DNA of 64,000 nt from Octopus vulgaris (taxonomy: Eukaryota), in assembly GCA_951406725.2 (NCBI GenBank), contig OX597822.1, positions 66,526,001 through 66,590,000 of the forward strand, given 5' to 3'. The notes under the pieces are model-generated. The model was not told the origin of the DNA and ran no database searches. It worked only from the letters and a program-made list of their open reading frames with translations. Below, one piece after another: positions 41,585 to 53,479 of this stretch. Position 1 is the first letter of the stretch, and each line of letters opens with the position of its first letter. Both the position numbers and the translations under genes were made by a program.

Positions 41585-43978
41585 AAAAGAGCCTGGAAAA
41601 AACCCTTCTTTCAGACCATGACATGGTTCTCTGTAACATGAAATTCCACCAGCCGAAAGCTAATCCTAGTGACCTTCCTCCAGCCCACCCATTTGACAAC
41701 ATGGATCTCCATAAAGCCAACTGGGATGCAATCAGGAACGAGCTATCAAATGTTGACTGGTCCTTTACACATACACACATCTCCACCAACCATAAAACAT
41801 CTTGGCAGATCTTTGTAGACACCGTCACAGACATATGTGCAAAACACTCCCCACCAAGACCTGTGAACAAAAAGTGCAGAATCCCCCAAAACAGAAAAAC
41901 CATTATCAGAAAAATAAAAAGAACAAACAAAAAAATTAACAAACTAAAGTACTGCCAACAGCAACACACACATTCGACGGCTATCGCACTGCTTGAATCC
42001 AAAAAATATAACCTCCAACAATGCATGAAGACCCTCATCAATAACCAAAGATCAGCTGAGGAGAAGTGGGCCATTGAAAAAATCAAACTCAACCCCAAAG
42101 TGTTCTTTTCATTTGCGAGGAAACGCAGGGTCACTGTCTCCACTGTAGGCCCTCTAATTGACGAAACTGGCACTCTCCAAGATAATGCCAAATCCATGGC
42201 CGAGATACTGCAGAAACAATACTGCTCTGTTTTCAGCAATCCTGATATGGCCGATCTGGGCTGTATCAGTGATGTCAACCCCCAACACACTATATCGGAC
42301 ATAACGTTTAGTGCCCCTGATGTCTTAGCGGCGATAAACGAAATAAAACACAATTCAGCAGTAGGCCCCGATAGGTTCCCTGCTTGTGTCCTGAAGGTGT
42401 GTCGACACCAACTTGCATCTCCCCTTGCTAATCTGTGGAGAAACTCACTGGATGCTGGCTATATTCCAAAAAACCTTCTGTCCCAGTCTGTTGTCCCAGT
42501 TTTCAAAAAGGGAAACAAGTCCCTTGCAGTGAATTACCGTCCGATCTCACTCACCTCTCATATCATCAAGGTATTTGAGAGGGTGGTGAGATCTCGAATA
42601 ACCCAATTTCTGGAAAGCAACAGACGGCTGATCTCCAACCAACATGGGTTCCGTAATGGAAGGGACTGCCTAACGCAGCTCCTGCATCACTTTGAGGACA
42701 TTTTGAGAGCTTTGGGAGAGGGCTCCAACACCGATGTCATCTACCTTGATTTCAGTAAGGCCTTCGACAGGGTCGATCACAAGATCCTATTGAAAAAACT
42801 ATCCAACATTGGTGTCTCTGGAAAGTTACTGAAATGGATTAAGTGTTTCCTGACAGACAGATCTCAACATGTTGTAGTTGAAGGGGTAAAATCAAGCCCA
42901 GCCAAAGTCAGTAGTGGCGTTCCGCAAGGCACTGTGCTGGGCCCACTTCTTTTCATCATTTACATTAATGACATTAATGACATCATCAAGCACAGCAACA
43001 TAAAAATCTTTGCAGATGACTCCAAGCTACAGAAGGTCATAAATGAGGCGAGTGACCGGACATGCCTTCAGTCAGATCTACTGGCTGTTATCCAATGGGC
43101 AGAAAAAAACAATATGCTGCTGAACGAGGATAAATTTGAGCTAATCCACTTTGGAAAAGAGGATGCCCTGAAACTCCCATACTCCCTTCCTTCAGGTGAA
43201 ACTCTCGCGGCGTCCAACAACATCAGAGACTTGGGAGTAATTGTGGACAACAACGTAAGCTGGGCCACTCATATAAACACCAAAGTTGACATGGCCCGCA
43301 GAATGTGTTCCTGGATTCTCAGAACTTTCCAGTCGAGAGATATCCACACCATTATCCTTCTCTTCTCCACTTTTGCCCGACCCCACCTTGAATACTGTTG
43401 TCCACTGTGGTCTCCCCACACAATACAAGGTATCATAAAAGTCGAAGCACCTCAAAGGGCAATCACAAAAAAGATAGATGGCATGACAGGCCTCGACTAT
43501 TGGGGTCGACTAGAAAAGCTAAAATTCTATTCTCTCCAACGTCGTCGTGAGCGCTACATCATCTGCATGATGTGGAAAATATTCCATCAGCATTGCCCAA
43601 ATGATGTTGGCATCACCTTTAAGGTACATCCAAGGCTTGGGCCCCGTGCCATCCGCCCAAAACAAAAATCGCACTCTCATCTCATAACAACAATACGGCA
43701 CAATTATTTCACCTCAATTGGCCCCGCTCTCTTTAACATTACACCAAAACACATTAAAACAGAAACTTACCCTATAGGGTTCAAGAAGTCTTTGGACAGA
43801 TTCCTTCAAGAAATCCCGGATAAACCCCCTACACCCGGATATGTCTCTGTAAACAATAACTCTCTACTTGAGTGGGCCATAGTGCCCAAATTCTGACTTG
43901 AAAGACTTCACCAGGTGGTGCTATTAAGTTAGACATGGCCTGGGCCAATAATGGCCGAAACCTATCAAAGTATCAAAG
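41585..43978 (+). mobile_element. 5'-truncated CR1-type LINE, young
   Basis: Open RT frame; short 3' UTR with a GGCCA-ataa-TGGCC hairpin (43943-43956) and an 8-bp tandem tail (tatcaaag)2; TATAA target-site duplication at 41580-41584 and 43979-43983. Confidence 0.9.
41623..43896 (+). CDS. LINE ORF2 reverse transcriptase (APE endonuclease lost by 5' truncation)
   Basis: 757 aa uninterrupted, with NYRPISLTS, QHGFR, YLDFSKAFDRVDH, GVPQGTVLGPLLF, FADD and RPHLEYC. The in-frame SDH (41611-41619) just upstream is the last endonuclease motif, so the Met start is not the natural start. Confidence 0.92.
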   Translation: MVLCNMKFHQPKANPSDLPPAHPFDNMDLHKANWDAIRNELSNVDWSFTHTHISTNHKTSWQIFVDTVTDICAKHSPPRPVNKKCRIPQNRKTIIRKIKRTNKKINKLKYCQQQHTHSTAIALLESKKYNLQQCMKTLINNQRSAEEKWAIEKIKLNPKVFFSFARKRRVTVSTVGPLIDETGTLQDNAKSMAEILQKQYCSVFSNPDMADLGCISDVNPQHTISDITFSAPDVLAAINEIKHNSAVGPDRFPACVLKVCRHQLASPLANLWRNSLDAGYIPKNLLSQSVVPVFKKGNKSLAVNYRPISLTSHIIKVFERVVRSRITQFLESNRRLISNQHGFRNGRDCLTQLLHHFEDILRALGEGSNTDVIYLDFSKAFDRVDHKILLKKLSNIGVSGKLLKWIKCFLTDRSQHVVVEGVKSSPAKVSSGVPQGTVLGPLLFIIYINDINDIIKHSNIKIFADDSKLQKVINEASDRTCLQSDLLAVIQWAEKNNMLLNEDKFELIHFGKEDALKLPYSLPSGETLAASNNIRDLGVIVDNNVSWATHINTKVDMARRMCSWILRTFQSRDIHTIILLFSTFARPHLEYCCPLWSPHTIQGIIKVEAPQRAITKKIDGMTGLDYWGRLEKLKFYSLQRRRERYIICMMWKIFHQHCPNDVGITFKVHPRLGPRAIRPKQKSHSHLITTIRHNYFTSIGPALFNITPKHIKTETYPIGFKKSLDRFLQEIPDKPPTPGYVSVNNNSLLEWAIVPKF

Positions 43979-44589
43979 TATAATGATTAGCATAAATATC
44001 CTTAACAGCGTTATTAGTGGTCACTTTGTACTTAGAGTTCAATTCTTTCAGTAATAGATTATTATGTTCATCGACTAGAATTCAGTAGATATTTCCAGTT
44101 TTATCATTTAACACATGCAAATTCGGAGAGTACTTTATATCCTTGATAATTTGGGAGATTTTATTGTTTACTGGATTGGTGATCCTTTGAAATTTAATTT
44201 CTGAACGATGTGGAAGTTCAATAAGTCTGGATTAGTTGGAAGATTTCTACGGGCTTTCAAGTTTAATTCTTTGGAAATATGATTGCAGTGTGTTGAATTT
44301 GGATTATTTCCTACAGCCCCTTAAAACTTTTGTGAAACAGGCGTAGGTTTGGAGTGATCCCTTCAATCGCCTCCTTTACTCTATTGTAACTATATTTTCT
44401 ACTGTCATGGTACTCCATTTAATTTTTATGTTTATATTCTTATACTTCTATATTTTTATCATCTATATCTTAATATAAATATGTGGTTATTTCAATGGAG
44501 TAATATCTCATGTCATCCATCTAATTTGTGAATTTGCTTGTCTGAATGTTTAAGACAAACATCTGAAAATTTTATCACATACCAAATTT

Positions 44590-44625
<36 letters not shown>

Positions 44626-45924
44626 TATAGATATAGATAGATATATAGATAGATAGATAGATAGACACACAGGCAGGTAGGCAGGCAGACAGACAGACAG
44701 ACAGATAGATCTATCTGTCAGTCTCTCTATATATATTTATATATATCTATATAACATATATACATATGTATATACATATATTTATATATCTGTATATATA
44801 TATTGCATATTTATATATGTTCGTGTGTGTGTGTGCATGTATGTGCGTGCGTGTGTGTGTACGTAGATATGTATATGTGTGCATGTAAGCATGTATGTAC
44901 ATACGAAAGAAGAGAAGTATGTATATATATGAATCGATACTTATGAATTTGTGAAAAAAATAGCGCTATAGAATTTTAAAATGAATGAACCGTATAGTTT
45001 CAGCGAAAAATATGTTGATCGATAGATCCACAGAGACGAAGGAAATAAGAGAAGGAACATACAATCTCTCGAGCGCGCATGCATTTATGTATTTGCGTAC
45101 GTGATTGTATGTTTGTATTTTCGCATTTATATGTACAATATTTCAGCATGCATCTAGATTTATCTTGTAAATGGATTTAACTTCTAAATTGTTGCATGTA
45201 ACTTGTTCGAAAATAATTTTGCTGCTCTTTCAATGAGGTATTTTCTTTCAGGTCTTTAGTGAAGAAGGAGAAAAAAGCGTATTATACGATTCTATTTATT
45301 TGGATATTTTTCTTCAATCTAGTGAACATTTGTTGATGTTTAAATAGGAATAACAATTACTAAAATCATTGGTAATTATGGCTCCTTGAAATAAATGGAA
45401 AATTCAATAGAAGCGAATAGGAAAAAAATTGTTTAATATGTAGGTGGCAGGCAAAATAGAAGAGAATTATAGCTTGCTGTAAGTAGATTATTTCTTCTGT
45501 GTAAGCACAAACACAATCAGCCATTCGTATAATTTAACATACTGCAGAAGAAATTCCTCGCCCACCATTACATATACATATAGTAAATTATTTACGCATA
45601 TTTACACAGCATTTTTTTCATTTGTAAATAGCATTTAGAACATTTTATGAGTCGTTTTTTGTTTAAGATAGCAATTATAAATATATTTCTAATAATAACG
45701 TATTAAATTATTGCTATGGGACTTATATTAGAGAACTAGAGTGAAGCAACATTACTTAATCTGTGTAGTAAAATCTGACATTAAGCATTGCATCTTACTA
45801 ATATTACAATGCTCTTCAGGAAAAGCTGCTGCAAGACTTTTGGACATGAGGCAATTTCCCTATCATAATGGATATCGGAGACACTTTCTCTTGTTTCCCT
45901 ACTAACAAATCAATGTTCCATCCA

Positions 45925-46030
45925 ATACGCTTAACAGCATTTTGCCTGGCGTTTTTTACGGTCTGAGTTTAAATTCTTTTCCGGTCGGCTTTGCCTTTCA
46001 TCAAACCGGGGTCGATAAAATAAATCCCAG
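45925..46030 (+). mobile_element. Meta-domain-like SINE fragment
   Basis: ctgagtttaaattc..ctttgcctttcatc..ggggtcgataaaataa. Confidence 0.6.
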
Positions 46031-46129
46031 TTTCTTTCGTCTCATTTTTATCATTTAAGCAGATTATTTGCCCAAGATATGTGTATTGGGTTTCATAGTA
46101 GTCGAGTATAAATAAATATATACATATAT

Positions 46130-46300
46130 ATGGCAAGGGAATGACGGAAGATGGAATATACGAGAATTTATCATCAATAACCACAATTGTTTCGAAATAT
46201 CTAGCATCGATCTATGACGGGTGGGACACTCAGTAAATGGTTCAGCAGCATCAGGTGATGAAGATGTATCTCGTCGGATGACAAATAGACACAACTCGTT
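46130..46300 (-). mobile_element. PLE terminal-repeat fragment related to 1535-1640, with a degenerate HHR
   Basis: Shares the gacggaagatggaa..tacgagaat end; minus strand reads tcac-CTGATGC..GAAAC-aatt-gtgg. Confidence 0.45.
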
Positions 46301-46614
46301 GAAATAACAGTTCCGCAATGTAACTTCTCATTTTGTAGAAAGAAAAACAGTAAGATGGAGGAAATAACTTCATTTATATAGAAGATCAAAACTAAAACCA
46401 CACATGAAAAAGAGAAACAAACCCACAATACAACAAGAAAAGTATTAAGAACAAGATCACTCAGAGAGCGCAAACCTCTGCCAAGTCAACACCAACGTCC
46501 TCTCAACAATTAACAAGAGATGATTTTTAAAATGAGAATATCTGAAATGAACTCAACTGCTCTCACAAACGAAAATACTAAAAAAAGAACCTTGAACGCT
46601 CTTAAAAATTAAGT

Positions 46615-46790
46615 AAGAATCGGAAAAATAATCCAGGATCCCAAAATCTAATTTGTTTGTGCCAGTCACAAGGACAAATATCACTTGAGGTTTATCCGAA
46701 TCTATCCAGCCGTTCTTGAGATATCTTCCCCACAGACAAACAAACGAACAAACACGACTGAAAACAATACCTACTAAGGTGGAGGTAATA
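46615..46790 (+). mobile_element. Helitron/Helentron-associated non-autonomous element, 3' end
   Basis: ..tccagccgttcttgagatatc..acagacaaacaaac..gaaaacaatacct-actaaggtggaggtaataa has the layout typical of HINE-like 3' ends, recognised from memory. Confidence 0.5.
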
Positions 46791-47852
46791 ACCGTTAACA
46801 AATATGGATGTGGAAACGCCATCGCGCAAGCTGCATGATGCGTGTAAATTCACTCATACATGTGTCCGCGAAAATGTGAGCATACACACACATGAGGTTT
46901 GGTGCTCTCCTGATCAGGAAGAGAGTTAAATATCTACTTGGTGTTTATAAGAATGGGGAACGTAGAAGCAATCTTAATTCAAACATACCGTAAAGTAAAT
47001 TTATATTAACAGTTACTCTAAATTCTATCCCACTTTGTGTGTGTGCGTGATTTATATATATATATATATATATATACCTTTTAAACAAATATTCCATTAT
47101 TTTATTAACTTATAAGCTTACCATATTTATATTTAAATTTGGTCTCTTGTCTGTTTAATTTATTCATCTATTGTTCTAATTCTATTTACCAACTCTATCT
47201 TATATCCAGTCAACCTGTGAACCCTCGCCCGAACATATAACAATACAAATCATAAACCGTATCTTTCAGTCTGCTAATAATGAATCCATAAACACATACG
47301 AATACATATTTCCAACGGTATGTTTTTTTTTCTTCCGAAGATATTCTGCTCATGTCTTATAAATATACATTTAATATTTACTTAATACTTACTGATTATT
47401 AATTGAAACAGCTGTAAAGGAAGAAGACGAATTTGTTGTTAATAATAAAAAATTAACTTCCCGTCTCCTCTTATAGGAAATATTAATCCAAAATACACTG
47501 GTTTAATATATTATATTTTGAAGATATATTTCTTCAATGGATATATTACATAAAATATCGTAAAATATCAAACATTGTTCTCGAGTTAGAAAAAAGAGAG
47601 ATCTAATAGATACAAATTAATGTATTAATTAATCAACATATTCACCTGCAGTTGTTTCATTTCACAAGCAAAATTACAAAACATATAAATATATAATTTT
47701 GCATTTTAAAAACCTTGTATGGAAAATGATCAGGATGTGCAAAGGAAAATAAGGATTACATTAGAATACGTTTAGAATCCTCAGAATACACACACACACA
47801 CACATCTATATATCTATATCTATCTATATATACACACGCAGGCATACACACA

Positions 47853-47908
<56 letters not shown>

Positions 47909-48869
47909 TATGTATGTATGTATGATATCTTCTGAATATTTAGTGTATTCACTGTGACTACCCTAAATCGAAAAAGTTTTCCCTAGCGTCAGCAAATCCT
48001 GTTCATTAAAGGCCAGTCGAGGAAACGTCGATGGTAATTAAAATCAAAGCGCTTGCCTCGATATCTGAGTGGTTTTAGAATGAAGCTTTACTTTATTTCG
48101 GAGAGTAAAATTTCTGAATATGAAAGCGTCCTTATCTAATACTATCTCTTTATAACCTAGTTTTCGTCACTCTAAACGATTAACTTAAACAATTTTTATC
48201 ATTTCAAAATATTCTGCGGTCCATTCATTCTTAATGTTGAACCATTCAAATGTCATAAGCAGATACTCTTCAGGCCATCACTTAACAGTTTCACCCTGAA
48301 ATACTAACAGAAATAATAAACATTTATGTATCCTATAAGGATAAACCGATGATAATCTGTTCAGAAAGGGGAAATGAAAAGTATTTTCTTTCAAATTTGT
48401 AGTATACAAATGTCATTTCATTTTAAATTATTGGGCTTTTTGAATAGTATGTGTATCCCAGGACCAATTGCCATGAAACAGGGCTGCGATCGAGTCCCAT
48501 GTGATCAAAAACATTCCATTCACTGCATCTGGTCGCAATATATTTAGAACTGAAAAGCATAAAATTACTTGTCGTAATTCTCGTTTTAATCGCTTTCCAT
48601 TTGATTAAGCAACATGTAGAGATTTCAGTCAAGTTCGTCTTAAAGTATTTTATACTTTATTTCCTTTACTTCTTTCAGTCATTTCACTGCGGCCATGCTG
48701 GAGCAACGCATTTAGTCGAACAAATCGACCCCCAGCACTTACTTGTGTAAGCCTAGTACTTATTCTACCGGCTTTTTTTTGCCGAACCTCTAACTTACGG
48801 GGACGGAAACACGCCAACATTGGTTGTCAAGCGATGATGGAGGTGACAAATACATACATACTATACATG

Positions 48870-48907
<38 letters not shown>

Positions 48908-49173
48908 AGTATAAGCTGATCAAAGCGATTAGATACGCTAGGTAAGTGCTGCAACGTATTACTAGGGCTCCAAGTTTATAGCCGGGACGGTAGTTATGAA
49001 GCAATGGCAGATTTTCGATGCAGCGGATATATATGTGTTAATGAGGACAAGAAAAGCTAAGAAGGCAGACATCTCCAGTCGTATACAATATGCTTATTTT
49101 TACCAATAATAATCTTGTATGCTACTTGAGATATTTGACTTGCCTTAACGTTTGTTGTCCTCTTTACCAATAA

Positions 49174-49230
<57 letters not shown>

Positions 49231-49381
49231 AATTAAGGACTGAACACGAAAAGTGGACAGTCAACATGCTAGATATAGACGTCAAATCGTCATTCTCCAC
49301 AAAAGATTATGTTCTCAGATCATACTCAACACAAAACCATAGCAATAAACAAGTGAAAAATATACGAAATAAAATAATTAC

Positions 49382-49446
49382 CCATGTACTAACTTAGTTT
49401 CAGCTGTTATTTTCCGCAAGGAAAACTGCAGCCATCATCAGCATGG
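49382..49446 (-). ncRNA. Type I hammerhead ribozyme (array copy 1)
   Basis: Reverse complement of 50406-50470. Confidence 0.85.
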
Positions 49447-49886
49447 TCCGTTATAAATGTAATTTGCTGGACTAAATGCAAACACGATACCGAAATATCG
49501 CGTGCATGGAGTTCAGCCTATTACATTTGAATATATCTTTCAAATACCTTTACTTTGGCGCGTTGAGACCCGAGAAAACTAGCCTGCAGCTAATAATTAG
49601 CAGCAGTTAATTTATCGGTTAGAGAACATTTATTTATATAAAATTAATTAAGGGTAGAAATTGATATTTATCAATTAAGACCAGTGGTCTAGCATATTAA
49701 AAAAGAATCCGAAGATTAAAATATTTATATATACCAATTAAGGACTGAACACGAAAAGTGGACAGTCAACATGCTAGATATAGACGTCAAATCGTCATTC
49801 TCCACAAAAGATTATGTTCTCAGATCAAACTCAACACAAAACCATAGCAATAAACAAGTGAAAAATATACGAAATAAAATAATTAC

Positions 49887-49951
49887 CCATGTACTAACTT
49901 AGTTTCAGCTGTTATTTTCCGCAAGGAAAACTGCAGCCATCATCAGCATGG
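49887..49951 (-). ncRNA. Type I hammerhead ribozyme (array copy 2)
   Basis: Reverse complement of 50406-50470. Confidence 0.85.
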
Positions 49952-50405
49952 TCCGTTATAAATGTAATTTGCTGGACTAAATGCAAACACGATACCGAAA
50001 TATCGCGTGCATGGAGTTCAGCCTATTACATTTGAATATATCTTTCAAATGCCTTTACTTTGGCGCGTTGAGACCCGAGAAAACTAGCCTGCAGCTAATA
50101 ATTAGCAGCAGTTAATTTATCGGTTAGAGAACATTTATTTATATAAAATTAATTAAGGGTAGAAATTGATATTTATCAATTAAGACCAGTGGTCTAGCAT
50201 ATTAAAAAAGAATCCGAAGATTAAGTTCTCTAACCGATAAATTAACTGCTGCTAATTATTAGCTGCAGGCTAGTTTTCTCGGGTCTCAACGCGCCAAAGT
50301 AAAGGCATTTGAAAGATATATTCAAATGTAATAGGCTGAACTCCATGCACGCGATATTTCGGTATCGTGTTTGCATTTAGTCCAGCAAATTACATTTATA
50401 ACGGA

Positions 50406-50470
50406 CCATGCTGATGATGGCTGCAGTTTTCCTTGCGGAAAATAACAGCTGAAACTAAGTTAGTACATGG
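50406..50470 (+). ncRNA. Type I hammerhead ribozyme (array copy 3)
   Basis: Stem I CCAUG/CAUGG; CUGAUGA (50411-50417); stem II GGCUG/CAGCU plus UUUUCC-uugc-GGAAAA; GAAA (50451-50454); near-palindromic stem III CUAAgUUAG; GUA triplet (50463-50465). Confidence 0.88.
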
Positions 50471-50910
50471 GTAATTATTTTATTTCGTATATTTTTCACT
50501 TGTTTATTGCTATGGTTTTGTGTTGAGTTTGATCTGAGAACATAATCTTTTGTGGAGAATGACGATTTGACGTCTATATCTAGCATGTTGACTGTCCACT
50601 TTTCGTGTTCAGTCCTTAATTGGTATATATAAATATTTTAATCTTCGGATTCTTTTTTAATATGCTAGACCACTGGTCTTAATTGATAAATATCAATTTC
50701 TACCCTTAATTAATTTTATATAAATAAATGTTCTCTAACCGATAAATTAACTGCTGCTAATTATTAGCTGCAGGCTAGTTTTCTCGGGTCTCAACGCGCC
50801 AAAGTAAAGGCTTTTGAAAGATATATTCAAATGTAATAGGCTGAACTCCATGCACGCGATATTTCGGTATCGTGTTTGCATTTAGTCCAGCAAATTACAT
50901 TTATAACGGA

Positions 50911-50975
50911 CCATGCTGATGATGGCTGCAGTTTTCCTTGCGGAAAATAACAGCTGAAACTAAGTTAGTACATGG
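50911..50975 (+). ncRNA. Type I hammerhead ribozyme (array copy 4)
   Basis: Identical to 50406-50470, 505 bp downstream. Confidence 0.88.
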
Positions 50976-51217
50976 GTAATTATTTTATTTCGTATATTTT
51001 TCACTTGTTTATTGCTATGGTTTTGTGTTGAGTTTGATCTGAGAACATAATCTTTTGTGGAGAATGACGATTTGACGTCTATATCTAGCATGTTGACTGT
51101 CCACTTTTCGTGTTCAGTCCTTAATTGGTATATATAAATATTTTAATCTTCGGATTCTTTTTTAATATGCTAGACCACTGGTCTTAATTGATAAATATCA
51201 ATTTCTACCCTTAATTA

Positions 51218-51303
<86 letters not shown>

Positions 51304-51304
51304 A

Positions 51305-51367
<63 letters not shown>

Positions 51368-51436
51368 CGTGCGCATATATACATACATTATATGCATATA
51401 CATACATATATATATATATATATGTATGTATGTATG

Positions 51437-51490
<54 letters not shown>

Positions 51491-53224
51491 CATGTATATG
51501 TATGTATATATATATATGTATGTATATATGTATGTATATATGTATAGATATATATATGTATATATATGTATGTATGTATATGTATGTATATATTATACAT
51601 GCATATATTAGTACAGGACATCAAAAAATCGTCAACAATATTCGAAACGAGAACATAGAAAGCAAAAACATAGAAAGCGTTTTTTTTTTAACAACGAAAG
51701 AAAGAAATACAGAAACGAGACATGCAACATAAAGAACATTCCCTTCATATATTTATATATATATACGACGGACTTTTTCAGTTCCCGTCAACCAATTCTA
51801 CTCAAAAGGCTTTGCTCGATCTGAGGCTACAGTAGAATGCACTTGCCCACGTTGCCCTTCAATGGGACTGAACCCGGAACCATGTGGTTGAGAAGCATAC
51901 TTCTTACCACACAGCCACTCCTGCATTCCAATTTACAGAATAAGTCATGCGAAGTCTCAAAAGTTATATTGAGTTATATTGAGCGGGTAGATAGCAACTC
52001 AGGATGAAAATCTATTAATGTTACGAGAATTTAGAACTGAGACATTTATATTATGTGAAATGATTATTTTTGAAAAACCCTTATTGCATCATTGTTTTTT
52101 GTGTTCTGTTACGCGCAGAGAAATATAAAGTGAAGTTTTTAGTAGAGAAATTGCGTGGAGAAAAATGGAAGTTATATTCATTCCGTAGAGACTGTAATGA
52201 AAGGTTTATAAGGGAAGATCATATAACTTAATCTTGTGTAGATATCATTGCTTTCGGTGCAGAGAGTCGTTTTACATTGTGAGTAAAGCCCCAAGAGTGA
52301 GATATCCAAATAGCATTGACTAGTTTCAAATCGGTGCAATGGTATATAATGTAATGGATAGAAATAATTTATTGAAATGTATCAACTAGTTTATTGCTAC
52401 TCAAATCATTGAAGCAGAAATGGCAAACGTCATCACACTCACACACATACATACATACATACAATATTCAAACATTTATTCACAATCACAGCCACGCAAA
52501 CAGACAAATACACACACATATTTATGCGTATATATACGTATGTACGTGTGTAAACGTGTGTTCAAGCATGATACATTTAAACGACGAGTATGTACGAATT
52601 GACTCATAATTTATAAAGGCTTTTATATTTTAGTTTAGATTGATTACAAAAATGTGTGTATGTGTGTATGTTTGTGGGCGTGTGCATACGTGCGTGGTAT
52701 ATGTGAGTTGAGTGCGTGTGGTATTAGGGTGACGTGTGGTGGTTGTGTGACTTCTAAATTTAAACCGACCGGTGCAGTCATTTCGCAAGTGCAGTGTTGT
52801 GCATAGGTCTACTTATCCTTTAATTAAATAGCTATCACAGTCGGTTAATTAACAATTTATACATGCGAGAAAGAAAATACTTTACTGCAGAAGCGGTGTC
52901 ATTGTTTGAGGAAAGAGGTAGGGAATAAAATTTGAAAGAGCAGTGTGATTGTATGCAATTCTGTTTCAAATCGTATCAAAATTTCACAAATAACATTCTT
53001 ATCTGCTGATGATGATGCCAAACTAATAATGTTAGCAAAAATTAATTCACATGAGAAAAATCACAAAGTATTCAGATACCATGAATTGCGTTTCGAAAAG
53101 TGATGATGTAATTCTTCAATGTTGTATAAAAAAATTCCCAGGATAAAACATTAGAGTTGACGACCATTAAACTTTGTGCATAAGAAAATCGGACATTTCA
53201 TTCTAAATGACCTGATAATAATAA

Positions 53225-53440
53225 TCCTGTCTATTAAAGACAAAAGTCCTGAAATTTTTGGGGAGAGGACTAGTCGATTACCTCCACCCCAGTGTTTCAC
53301 AAGTACTTAATTATTTGGTACCAAAAGGATGAAAGGTAAAGTGGCTGTCGGTAGAATTTGAACTCAGAATGTACAGGCGGACGAAATGCCGCTAAGCATT
53401 TTACCCGGTATGCTAGCGATTCTGCCAACTCGACGCCTCA
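53225..53440 (-). mobile_element. Meta-domain-like SINE
   Basis: Reverse complement ggcgtcgagttggcagaatcgctagc..ttctgagttcaaattc..cctttcatcc. Confidence 0.75.
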
Positions 53441-53479
53441 GAGATAATAAGAATATTATGATTAAAGTAGATTCAAATA

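Larger units (their letters stand above)
40400..44590 (-). mobile_element. Decayed Penelope-like (Neptune-type) RT element split by a LINE insertion (pieces 40400-41584 and 43979-44590)
   Basis: Minus-strand motifs in the expected order: DKTGNIY, FTLKDHKPG, SIRLICPTKSDLGRIG, YKSITPELWDKAITFA..ILNARKTL, FDITMG/(frameshift)/DSAQITDLVG, GLYREDGL (41002-41025; catalytic DD changed to ED), RKWDIIWF. Confidence 0.8.
49222..51222. repeat. 505-bp hammerhead-bearing unit: about 2 tandem copies (49222-50224) plus about 2 inverted copies (50225-51222)
   Basis: Period 505 (ccaattaagg at 49229 and 49734; gttctctaacc at 50225 and 50730). Only about 3 substitutions seen among the copies. (TA)n on both flanks. 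Confidence 0.95.
48655..51924 (-). mobile_element. OR-like SINE split into a tail (48655-48850) and a head (51764-51924) by about 2.9 kb of insertions in its internal (TA)n
   Basis: The two halves are collinear with the intact copy at 23545-23938. Confidence 0.7.

Noticed and set aside
41562-42353. 263-aa minus-strand ORF
   Set aside because: Antisense shadow of the LINE RT frame, with no recognisable motif.
45252-45278. Possible 27-nt exon VFSEEGEKS
   Set aside because: The donor (gtatta) is weak and there is no other support.
49222-51222. CRISPR array or DNA transposon with long TIRs
   Set aside because: There are no unique spacers, and the arms are internally tandem, offset in register and carry hammerheads, which does not fit a TIR element.
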